A DNA stretch of 64,000 nt from an uncultured Acidobacteriaceae bacterium. GTDB taxonomy: Bacteria; Acidobacteriota; Terriglobia; Terriglobales; Acidobacteriaceae. The notes under the pieces were generated by a model that saw only the letters and a list, made by a program, of their open reading frames with translations, made no database searches and had not been told where the DNA came from. Location: positions 26,801 through 90,800 of the forward strand of contig CAVXXU010000001.1 of assembly GCA_963765825.1 (NCBI GenBank), read 5' to 3'. Both the position numbers and the translations under genes were made by a program. Shown in pieces: positions 10,745-18,974 of this stretch (position 1 is the stretch's first letter; each line of letters begins with the position of its first letter).

Positions 10745-12585
10745 ATCTGCGTCGCGCGCATCGTCGCCCGCTCGCTCGCGTGTTTTGCTTGGCGTTTTGC
10801 GGGGTCCTCGCGCTCTCATCCGCTGCGACCGGGCAGTCTCCAGTCGCCTACACAATCTCGCTCGCATCCCCCGAGCAGCATCTGGTCGACGTGCAAATCT
10901 TTCTCCCCGAAGGCCCCGCGCAGCGCGAACTCCAGCTTCCCGTCTGGAATGCTCTCTATCAGATTCGCGATTTTGCCCAGTATGTCAACTGGGTCCGTGC
11001 CAAAGATCGCTCCGGTAATCCGCTTGCACTGCACGAACTCAACATGAGCCGCTGGCAAGTTCAAGGTGCCGAGCACGGCGCGATCGTGGAATATGAAATT
11101 TATGCCGACTCTCCGGGTCCGTTCAACGCGCAATTCAACTCGCACCATGCCTTCTTCAATCTGGCGCAGCTTCTCATGTACTCCGTGGACGAGCGCGCAG
11201 CCCCGGTGCAGATTGGTTTCACGCATCTCCCCGAAGGATGGCAGATCGCAACTGCCCTCGCAGCATCGGCCAGCAAGTTCTCCGCCCCGAATTACGATCG
11301 CCTCGTCGACTCTCCAGTCGAAATCGGCGAATTTCAAGAATCAGATTTCGACGAAGGCGGCGCCCACTACCGCGTCGTCATCGATGCCGACTCCGCCGAC
11401 TACAACATGGCCAAAATCGTCGCCGCGTTGCGCAAGATTGTTGTGGCCGCGACCACCTGGATGAACGACCGCCCCTTCGACACCTACACGTTCATTTATC
11501 ACTTCCCGCACGGCCCCGCGGGCGGCGGCATGGAGCACGCCTTCTCCACCGCCATCGACGTGAGTGCGGGCGCCATGCGTCAATCTCTTGACGCTTTCAC
11601 CGGCGTCACCGCCCACGAATTCTTTCACCTGTGGAACGTCAAGCGCATCCGCCCGCAGACGCTTGAACCGGTGGACTACACCAAGGAAAATTACACGCGA
11701 GCGTTGTGGTTCAGCGAAGGCGTCACCAGCACCGCTGAAGGCACCATACAGTTGCGCGCGGGCCTGCTTGACGAACGCCAATATCTTCTCCGCCTCGGTG
11801 AACTGATTTCCGAACTCGAGCGCCGTCCCGCGCACCTCACCCAGTCGGCGGAAGAATCCAGCCTCGATGCCTGGCTTGAGGGCTACGGTTATTACCATCG
11901 TCCCGACCGCAGCGTATCCTATTACAACAAGGGCGAACTGCTCGGCATCCTGCTCGATCTGGAGGTGCGCAAAGTGAGCCACGGACAGGCATCGTTGCGC
12001 GAAGTCATGCAGTGGATGAACGACAACTATGCCCGCAAGGGCCGTTTCTTCAACGATTCCGCCGGCGTTCGCGAGGCCGCCGAAGCGGTCAGCCACGCCA
12101 ACCTGGATACATTCTTCGCCAGATACGTGGCCGGAACCGACGAAATTCCCTGGGACGTTTTTTTTCGATCTGTCGGCTTGCGCGTGGAAGCGATTCCAAA
12201 CACCGTTACCGACGCTGGTTTCATAGCCTCGCGCAACTTCGACGGACCCATGATGGTAGCGGCGGTCACGCCCGGCAGCCAGGCCGAGCAGGCAGGCTTG
12301 CGCGCGGGCGACACCGTTGTTGAACTCCAGGGCAAGCCCGCCGGGCAGGAATCTCGCGAAGAATTATCCCGCCTGAATCCCGGCGAGACGCTCACTGTAA
12401 AAGTCAGATCGCGCCGCGGCGCCGATCGCGAACTCAAGTTCAAAGTCGGCAGTCGCCAGGAAATCTCGTACCAACTGCAGGATCTCGAACAGGTCACTCC
12501 CCCGCAACGTGCGCGCCGCCTCGCCTGGCTGAAAGGCGAAGCTCAAACCCTCGACACAAGTGGCTCCACAGGAACAGCAAAATGA
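10741..12585 (+). CDS. M61 glycyl aminopeptidase family protein with C-terminal PDZ domain, secreted
   Basis: 614 aa. HEFFHLWNVKRIRP zinc motif, signal-like N-terminus, PDZ-like GSQAEQAGLRAGDTVVELQG. ATGA overlap with the mpl stop. Confidence 0.85.
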   Translation: MNLRRAHRRPLARVFCLAFCGVLALSSAATGQSPVAYTISLASPEQHLVDVQIFLPEGPAQRELQLPVWNALYQIRDFAQYVNWVRAKDRSGNPLALHELNMSRWQVQGAEHGAIVEYEIYADSPGPFNAQFNSHHAFFNLAQLLMYSVDERAAPVQIGFTHLPEGWQIATALAASASKFSAPNYDRLVDSPVEIGEFQESDFDEGGAHYRVVIDADSADYNMAKIVAALRKIVVAATTWMNDRPFDTYTFIYHFPHGPAGGGMEHAFSTAIDVSAGAMRQSLDAFTGVTAHEFFHLWNVKRIRPQTLEPVDYTKENYTRALWFSEGVTSTAEGTIQLRAGLLDERQYLLRLGELISELERRPAHLTQSAEESSLDAWLEGYGYYHRPDRSVSYYNKGELLGILLDLEVRKVSHGQASLREVMQWMNDNYARKGRFFNDSAGVREAAEAVSHANLDTFFARYVAGTDEIPWDVFFRSVGLRVEAIPNTVTDAGFIASRNFDGPMMVAAVTPGSQAEQAGLRAGDTVVELQGKPAGQESREELSRLNPGETLTVKVRSRRGADRELKFKVGSRQEISYQLQDLEQVTPPQRARRLAWLKGEAQTLDTSGSTGTAK

Positions 12586-13355
12586 TCCGCACGCTCCTCA
12601 TGCTGATCTTCTGGGCCCTTGCCGCTCCCGTCGCTGCAATTATCGGTTTCCCCGCAACTTTCATCATGGGAAATGTCCGCATTCTCTATCGCCTGTTCAT
12701 GTGGGGCGCATGGGCCGGCGTGTGGATCACCGGAGTGCGCGTTGAAAGCGTCGGCCTCGATCGCTTCGACCGTTCGCGCAGTTACATCTTCATGACCAAT
12801 CACGTTTCCAATCTCGATCCTCCGATTCAAGTTCCGCTCATCCCCCGGCGCACCTCCGTCCTGGTAAAAAAAGAATTGTTCAAAGTTCCCATCCTCGGTC
12901 GCGCCATGCGCATGGGATCGCTGGTGCCCGTCGACCGTGGAAATCGCGATGCCGGTATCGAAGCGGTTCGCGCCGCGAAGGCCGTCATCGTCGAGCAAGG
13001 CGTCAACATGATTATCTACATCGAAGGCAAGCGCTCCTTCGATGGCAAACTTCTCCCCTTCAAAAAAGGTCCGTTCTATCTCGCGATGGAATGCGGCGTT
13101 CCGGTAATTCCCATCACCATCGTCGGCACGCACTACACCATGCCCAAGGCGCGATTCTCCATCCGTCCCGGGCTGGTGAAAGTAATTTTTCATGAGCCGA
13201 TCGAGCCCAAGGATTTCGTCAGCCGCGATTGCCTGATGGAAAAAGTGAGAGCCGCCATCGAAAGCGGCCTGCCGGAAGAATATCGTCAACCCGCATTGTC
13301 GCCCGCAGAAGGCGCCGAGAATAAAGAACCCCAAGGCGGCACAGCCTACGCGTAA
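12582..13355 (+). CDS. plsC: 1-acyl-sn-glycerol-3-phosphate acyltransferase
   Basis: 257 aa. HX4D motif NHVSNLDP and YIEGKRS block. 4-nt overlap with the M61 gene. Confidence 0.85.
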   Translation: MIRTLLMLIFWALAAPVAAIIGFPATFIMGNVRILYRLFMWGAWAGVWITGVRVESVGLDRFDRSRSYIFMTNHVSNLDPPIQVPLIPRRTSVLVKKELFKVPILGRAMRMGSLVPVDRGNRDAGIEAVRAAKAVIVEQGVNMIIYIEGKRSFDGKLLPFKKGPFYLAMECGVPVIPITIVGTHYTMPKARFSIRPGLVKVIFHEPIEPKDFVSRDCLMEKVRAAIESGLPEEYRQPALSPAEGAENKEPQGGTAYA

Positions 13356-13356
13356 T

Positions 13357-13390
13357 TCCTCCGTGTCCTCGGTGTCCTCTGTGGTTAAGT
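13357..13390 (-). repeat. stop-codon-abutting repeat family S (TAACCRCNGAG-NNCRCNGAG..)
   Basis: On the minus strand the lpxD stop TAA runs directly into TAACCACAGAGGACACCGAGGACACGGAGG. Confidence 0.7.
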
Positions 13391-14386
13391 TTTTGAAAGT
13401 TTCCGCACCGCTCGCGCAATGTCAGGAAGTTTTGGCAAGATCGCTGAATATTTCAGCCACAATGTGTGATCCACGGCCGGGGCTCCGCTGACCAGCGCTC
13501 CCGCCGCAATATCATGAGCCACGCCGCTCTGCGGTGTAACGATCGCGCCTTCTCCCACTTTGCAGTGCCCGACCACGCCAACCTGCCCCGTTAGAATCGC
13601 CTTGTTACCAATCTCAGTTGACCCTGCGAGCCCCACCTGCGCGCACAGCAGCACGTCTTCCCCAACGTGAGATCCGTGCCCAACCTGCACCAGGTTGTCG
13701 ACCTTCACGCCGCGTCCGATGCGGGTTTCTCCGACGCTGGCGCGGTCGATGCACGAATTCGCCTGCACTTCCACATCGTCTTCGATCACCACCGGCGCTG
13801 CTTGTGGAATTTTATGCCAGCGTCCCTCGGGAGTTTTTGCAAAGCCAAAGCCGTCCGCGCCAATCACCACGCCGTTTTGCAGCAGCACGTTGTTGCCGAT
13901 CCGGCAGTTCTCCCGCACCACTGCATGCGCATGCGCAAAAAAATTTACGCCAATTTTCACACCCCGATAAATGACGACATGCGCCAGCAGCACTGCATTG
14001 TCCCCAATCTCAAAGTCTTCATCGATCACCACATAAGGCCCGATGTGCGCATTGGCCCCAATTCGCGCGCTCGCGTGCACGACGGCGGTCGCGTGTACGC
14101 CCGGCTCATACCGCAGCGGGCGGTGAAACAGTTCGAGGGCGCCGGCAAACGCCAAATACGGATCCTTCGCGCGCAACATCGCCGCCGGAATTGCAGGGAA
14201 GTTCTCGCCCACGATCACTGCCGACGCTTTCGTAGACCGCGCCGCTGCCGCATATTTGGGATTCGATACGAAGCTAAGTTCCCCGGGCCCAGCCTGTTCG
14301 ATTCCGTTGAGCCCGCTGATTTCTGTGTCCGGAGAACCGTTTTCTACACGCGCGTCGAGAGCCGAAGCGATCTGGGAAAGTTTCAT
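13385..14386 (-). CDS. lpxD: UDP-3-O-acylglucosamine N-acyltransferase
   Basis: Left-handed beta-helix hexapeptide repeats. N-terminus MKLSQIASALDARVENG...ISGLNGIEQAGPGELSFVSNPKY. ATG 14386 preferred over the longer ORF start 14440. Confidence 0.9.
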   Translation of the reverse strand: MKLSQIASALDARVENGSPDTEISGLNGIEQAGPGELSFVSNPKYAAAARSTKASAVIVGENFPAIPAAMLRAKDPYLAFAGALELFHRPLRYEPGVHATAVVHASARIGANAHIGPYVVIDEDFEIGDNAVLLAHVVIYRGVKIGVNFFAHAHAVVRENCRIGNNVLLQNGVVIGADGFGFAKTPEGRWHKIPQAAPVVIEDDVEVQANSCIDRASVGETRIGRGVKVDNLVQVGHGSHVGEDVLLCAQVGLAGSTEIGNKAILTGQVGVVGHCKVGEGAIVTPQSGVAHDIAAGALVSGAPAVDHTLWLKYSAILPKLPDIARAVRKLSKT

Positions 14387-14464
14387 GATGGTTGGAATGG
14401 AATGCGATTTAATCGTACACCACTCCCACGCCCGTTCCACGCCAGCAGCGCCACTCGCCGCAGT

Positions 14465-17400
14465 CTATTGCACGGAAAGCGTAAAGGTCGTCTGGCTCAC
14501 GCTCGTCCCGCTGGTCGCGGTCACCGTAACATTCGACACGCCGGGAGGCGTGCCCGAATTCGAAGGTGGGGGTTTCGTTCCGCCCCCGCCGCCCCCGCCG
14601 CAACCCGGCACCGTCACGATCATCAGCATGATCAGCAGGAACATTGCTCGCGTCCGTTGCTGTTTCCCGCCCACGAGCACCACGGAGAACAGCAGTCCCA
14701 AGCCCATCAGCGACTCCGCCAGCAAGAAAGTCCGGCGCTGGGGCGTGGCCATTGCTGTCGCCGCAGTGGTCGTAACCGTGACTGTCACATTCGTTGTGCC
14801 GAACGCGCCTGTTGCCTTGACGCTCGAGGGACTAAAGCCGCAGGTCGCTTCAGAAGGGAGGCCCGCGCACGCCAGCGTGATCGCACCGTTGAAGCCGGTC
14901 GAATTCACCACCGCGACGGTAGCAGTGCCGATTCCTCCCGGCGCCGAAATCATCACCTGCGAAGCGCTTGCCGCCATCGTCGCATAGAATCCCGGAGTCA
15001 CCGTAACCGATTGCGGCTGGGTCGTGCTGCTTGGGCTGAAACTCGCATCCCCGCTGTAGGAAGCCGAAATCGTATGCGTTCCTGTATCAAAATTCACTCC
15101 ATTTGGATTCGCCGTGTTGCCCTGGCTGTTGAGGGTGAACGTGCCGCCGCCGGGAATCGGGGCCGGGAAACTATCGGTGAAAGTAACGCTTCCGGTTGGC
15201 ACGCCTTGTCCCGAGGCGCCCTGCACGTCCGCTCGTAAATAAGTGAAACTTCCAAACGGCACGCCGTTCAGCGGAATGGAATTGCCTGTCGAGTTGTACG
15301 CCCCGATCGTTGCACTGACCGTGCTGGATTCAGCGCCGACTGTAACTGTCACAGGCGACGAAGTGCTGGGAGCGTACGTAGCATCCCCCGCATAGTTTGC
15401 CGTTACCGAATAGGTTCCACCCGGAAGGGCGCTCGTCGAGGAGGCGACCGCTCCTTGAGCAAGCGAAAAAGTTCCCGACAGCGTCTGCCCTGATCCACTC
15501 GCGCCGACGGAAGCAGACAATGCCACGTTGCCTGAGGGAATAGGCGTGCCCCCGCCGTTCGATGTCACCGAGATGTTCACGGTCACTGGCGACCCATGAA
15601 CAATGCCGGTGGTTGGGCTCAATGCCAAGTTAGTCGTCGTCGCATTAAATGTGACCGAGGCCCACTCGTTCACCAGGTTCGCCACATTCACCGAGCCCAG
15701 CCCCGTCGCCAGGTCGTAACCCGCACTCGCCGAATATTCTGTTGTGACCTCGCCAGGCACGGCGTCGTTTCCGACGGTCACGTCGTTGAAGATGCAAGTG
15801 CTCGCCGGCGGCGTGGTCGTGCTCGAACCGTTGCACTGCGCTGGATAAGCGCTCTGCGCCGCGGCCAGCCGGTAAAGCACGTAGTTGGCGAGACCTTGCC
15901 GGGCGTTGGTGGTTGCTATCAGCTGCTTCTGATCCACCAGCGCCATGATTCCCGCAAACGACGGCGCTGACGCAGAGGTGCCGCTGATGAAATATACATA
16001 GATGTTCCCCGTGCTATCCGGCGTGCACGAGCCTTCCAAACACAACAGGTACGGATCATGCGCGGCTGCGGTCAGCGAGACGTCGGGCAAGTCGCGTACC
16101 CCGTCCGCCGGGATTCCCGCAACCCCAGATTGCCAGTAAGGTTTTGGAACACCGGACGTCGTTCCCCCCGCTCGTACATTTCCGGCGCTGGCGCCGCCGG
16201 CGCCCGACCACAGCCCGTTGGCGAGGCTGCTCTCGTTCCAAACGTTTTCTGGAATGTACGAGATCGCCGACTCCTGAACTGGTGGTTCCGTTCCCCAATA
16301 TTTTGTAGGATCTCCGTTTTCGTTGAACTCGGTTCCACCCACCGCGACGTTAAACGCCGTGGACGCGATCAGGTTGACCGAAATCGGATTAGAAGCTGGC
16401 GCCACCGTCGGATCGTCGCACCCCGCCGTCCCATTGTCGCCGGTCGAAACGAAATACGTGATGCCCTGCGCCGCCGCTTGTTCCGCCATATTGGAACTAA
16501 ATGCAAGCTGACCGTCGGTGGCATAAAGTTCGCATGCGCTGAAGCTCTCGGTCATGATGTCGGTGAGATTGTTTTCGACGATGTACGTCTCTGACAGGTC
16601 AATGCCATCTGTGGTGTTCGTCGAAGCCGAGACCACTAAATTGACGTTCGCGGATGGTGCGATGGCGCCTGACCACGTCGAATCTAATGTCGCTTCCGCT
16701 TCCTCGCCGCCCCCTAGATCACCCGGGTCGGGACCGTCGAGAACAATGTTGATTGGCCCGCAGCATCCTCCAATGTTGTCGCGAAAATCCGAAATATCAG
16801 TTCCCCCGTTGTACAAATTGCTACGGCCCACCACGCCGATGCTAATTCCGCTGCCATTGACGACATTATTGAGCGGATTAATGTCGTAAATGACGGCGTA
16901 ATCCTGTGGTGCCAGCGCATTGGTTGTGCGTTGTCCACTCTGCGCCGGAAACGTCACCTGCGGCTTCTTGCCCGGCACAACCTTAGCCAGAACCGCTTGC
17001 CCGTTGAAATGGCTCGCCGGTTTTTTGAGGAAATTATGCAGCGTCAGCACTCCCGCCACCACCGGCGTCAACGCTGTGGGGATCATCGGATCGCTCGCGT
17101 TCGCCCAGTGCTGTTCGCCGTTCACCACGTATTTGTGAATGGTGGTATGAAACGCTTCGTTCACCTGGCTCGCCGATCCCGAAAACTCCAGCACGGTGCG
17201 TCCCTTGGTCGAACCAACCGTGAATCCGTGCGACTGCAGCCATGTGGTGATCGTCTGAATGTCCGCGTCGGCGGGCCCAAACTGTTTACCGAACTGCGCC
17301 GGCGTCAGCCACTGGTGATAATTCGGCGAATGCTTGTCCTGCTGATCGTCGAGCAACTTGCGTAGCGCCGTCTCCTGTTCAGCGCTGCGCTTCAGCACCA

Positions 17401-17752
17401 GCAGCATGCGGTCCATGGAGAGCGTCGCCGGAGCCGTCCCCAGGTCAAACTGCGGCCGCGCCAGTGGATGCGTATTGCCCTTCAGCGTGGTGAGATGCGT
17501 CTCGTCCACCGCCTGGCGGATCGGTGGACGCGGCACTCCCGCCGAGGCCTGCGCCGCCTGCTGGGCCGAACTCGAAGCGCAGAGTGCGGCCAAGCAGAGA
17601 ATTCCTGCGGCCCCAACTCGCTCCAGAACAGAGACCGGATGGCTGGAAGGCGATGCGGAAATCGCTGGCGTGGGGCACACTTCTGTTGGGCACATTTCTA
17701 CGGGGCACACCGGCATGGGCACACCTGGGACCGAAAGATTGTGGACCTCCAC
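14465..17752 (-). CDS. secreted S53 sedolisin-family peptidase (pro-kumamolisin activation domain) with C-terminal Ig-like repeats and unusual hydrophobic C-terminal module
   Basis: Pro-domain NYHQWLTPAQFGKQFGP. Catalytic Ser motif SGTSASAPSFAGIMALV. At least 3 Ig-like repeats ending in ...VTVTV/VTVTP. Start uncertain (ATG 17695 is an alternative); signal peptide GAAGILCLAALCASSSAQQ. Confidence 0.8.
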   Translation of the reverse strand: MEVHNLSVPGVPMPVCPVEMCPTEVCPTPAISASPSSHPVSVLERVGAAGILCLAALCASSSAQQAAQASAGVPRPPIRQAVDETHLTTLKGNTHPLARPQFDLGTAPATLSMDRMLLVLKRSAEQETALRKLLDDQQDKHSPNYHQWLTPAQFGKQFGPADADIQTITTWLQSHGFTVGSTKGRTVLEFSGSASQVNEAFHTTIHKYVVNGEQHWANASDPMIPTALTPVVAGVLTLHNFLKKPASHFNGQAVLAKVVPGKKPQVTFPAQSGQRTTNALAPQDYAVIYDINPLNNVVNGSGISIGVVGRSNLYNGGTDISDFRDNIGGCCGPINIVLDGPDPGDLGGGEEAEATLDSTWSGAIAPSANVNLVVSASTNTTDGIDLSETYIVENNLTDIMTESFSACELYATDGQLAFSSNMAEQAAAQGITYFVSTGDNGTAGCDDPTVAPASNPISVNLIASTAFNVAVGGTEFNENGDPTKYWGTEPPVQESAISYIPENVWNESSLANGLWSGAGGASAGNVRAGGTTSGVPKPYWQSGVAGIPADGVRDLPDVSLTAAAHDPYLLCLEGSCTPDSTGNIYVYFISGTSASAPSFAGIMALVDQKQLIATTNARQGLANYVLYRLAAAQSAYPAQCNGSSTTTPPASTCIFNDVTVGNDAVPGEVTTEYSASAGYDLATGLGSVNVANLVNEWASVTFNATTTNLALSPTTGIVHGSPVTVNISVTSNGGGTPIPSGNVALSASVGASGSGQTLSGTFSLAQGAVASSTSALPGGTYSVTANYAGDATYAPSTSSPVTVTVGAESSTVSATIGAYNSTGNSIPLNGVPFGSFTYLRADVQGASGQGVPTGSVTFTDSFPAPIPGGGTFTLNSQGNTANPNGVNFDTGTHTISASYSGDASFSPSSTTQPQSVTVTPGFYATMAASASQVMISAPGGIGTATVAVVNSTGFNGAITLACAGLPSEATCGFSPSSVKATGAFGTTNVTVTVTTTAATAMATPQRRTFLLAESLMGLGLLFSVVLVGGKQQRTRAMFLLIMLMIVTVPGCGGGGGGGTKPPPSNSGTPPGVSNVTVTATSGTSVSQTTFTLSVQ
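17672..17730. repeat. four degenerate ~14-16-bp tandem units (GGGGCACA-N7-8)
   Basis: ggggcacacttctgtt/gggcacatttctac/ggggcacaccggcat/gggcacacctggga, at the extreme 5' end of the S53 ORF. Confidence 0.75.
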
Positions 17753-17912
17753 CAGAGGCCGAACGGACGGGAGAAGGCGGGACCCGATCGTCTCTTGCCA
17801 GGCCGGAGCCTGTGTGGACCTGACACGTTACACCAACCCTTTATCACTTTTCAACGCTTTTCAAGGGGAAGAAGTAACCGTGTAGGGACGAACGACGTGT
17901 GGGAACGTGTAG

Positions 17913-17934
17913 GGACGGACGCATTCGTCCGTCC
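17913..17934. repeat. REP-like palindrome family B (GGACGGACGCATTCGTCCGTCC)
   Basis: Perfect 9-bp arms around CATT. Preceded by a degenerate half copy, gtagggacgaacgacgtg. Confidence 0.8.
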
Positions 17935-18023
17935 AGGTTTTCAAAAGCTTGGTTTTCAAGAGCCTGGTTTTCGGAACGCTGGCCCGGGCATGTCATTCGC
18001 AACCCGCTCGGCTTCGCTTTCGC

Positions 18024-18052
18024 GGGACAGCTGAGGCGGCTGTCGCTACATG
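18024..18052. repeat. REP-like hairpin family A (GACAGCNGRGGCGGCTGTC-NCTACATG)
   Basis: gggacagctgaggcggctgtcgctacatg. Confidence 0.7.
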
Positions 18053-18057
18053 CGCAT

Positions 18058-18567
18058 CTACTCTTCGAACATGGGCACTTGCCGCTGATCCTGCGCTCCG
18101 CGCCGCTGCCGCCGGGTGGCCCCAATCACCGCCAGCACGGTAAGCGACTCCAGCGCTGTACGCGGCACAAAGATGCGCTGCGTGTTCGATCGCTGGTCTG
18201 GCGGATTCACCAGAAAGCCCTCTGGCGTAGTCTGGGTCAAGTCGGCGGGCATCAGAGCTTCGAGAATCTCGCTGTCTTTGAATCGCAGCCGCACCCACAG
18301 TCCTTCCGACCGCGGACGAGTTGTAAACGTCTTGCGCGTTAACGACTCCGAATCCCCGAACTCGCGCACAAAATAAACGCCCTTAATCTCCCGCAGGTCG
18401 ATCGCAATCACCGTCCCCGAAGTATTCAACACTTCCAGCTTGCCCTCGTGGACGAACTGCTCGGGTGACACATAACCCGAAACCGTGTCCCGGTCCATCT
18501 TGCGGACGATCACTTTCTTGTGCGTCGAAGGCATTAAGTCTTTCTTGTCAATCAGAGGCGGGAGCAT
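18058..18567 (-). CDS. hypothetical cytoplasmic protein (two beta-rich half-domains)
   Basis: 169-aa ORF with protein-like composition. No family recognised. Confidence 0.5.
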   Translation of the reverse strand: MLPPLIDKKDLMPSTHKKVIVRKMDRDTVSGYVSPEQFVHEGKLEVLNTSGTVIAIDLREIKGVYFVREFGDSESLTRKTFTTRPRSEGLWVRLRFKDSEILEALMPADLTQTTPEGFLVNPPDQRSNTQRIFVPRTALESLTVLAVIGATRRQRRGAQDQRQVPMFEE

Positions 18568-18574
18568 GCGGGAA

Positions 18575-18680
18575 TTTCAGATTGCAGATTTCAAATCTCA
18601 GATTTCAAATTGAATCCTTCGTCGACCCTTCCGGTCTTCAATCAGCAATCAACAATCAAAAATCAGCAATCCCGCCTTGT
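18575..18680. repeat. short-period repeats (CAGATTTCAAAT units, then AATCAGCAATCAACAATCAAAAATCAGCAATC)
   Basis: Seen directly. Immediately upstream of the 18058..18567 gene start. Confidence 0.8.
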
Positions 18681-18974
18681 ACTCCACAATCCGCCCCTGA
18701 TTCTCGCACCTTTTCGTCGAAAACGAGTGGAATCCGCCTTGGCAGTAGCCAAAATGTAAACTGTGTGTTATTTTCTTTAGCTTGCCGCAAAGATTCCATT
18801 ACGCATAAGTACTTTGATTTAAGCCACTTGCATCCGGGCGGCAGAGTGCCGGAGAATGCGGTGGCTTAAGCTGTGGAAATCTTGTGGAAAGTTTTGGCAG
18901 GTCCGGCCCTCCCCCAGGCGCGATCGCTGCTCACATCGCCTTGGAAGTAAGGTCCGGCAGCCGCTTCGAAACGA

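Noticed and set aside
13667-15238. Long 523-aa ORF on the plus strand, with similar long antisense ORFs at 18819..19919, 25838..26773, 29470..30639, 33652..35523, 37130..38170, 53877..54902 and 7238..8146.
   Set aside because: All lie antisense to, or out of frame with, genes that have clear family motifs. Their translations are Arg/Gly/Ala-rich low-complexity strings typical of shadow ORFs in GC-rich DNA.
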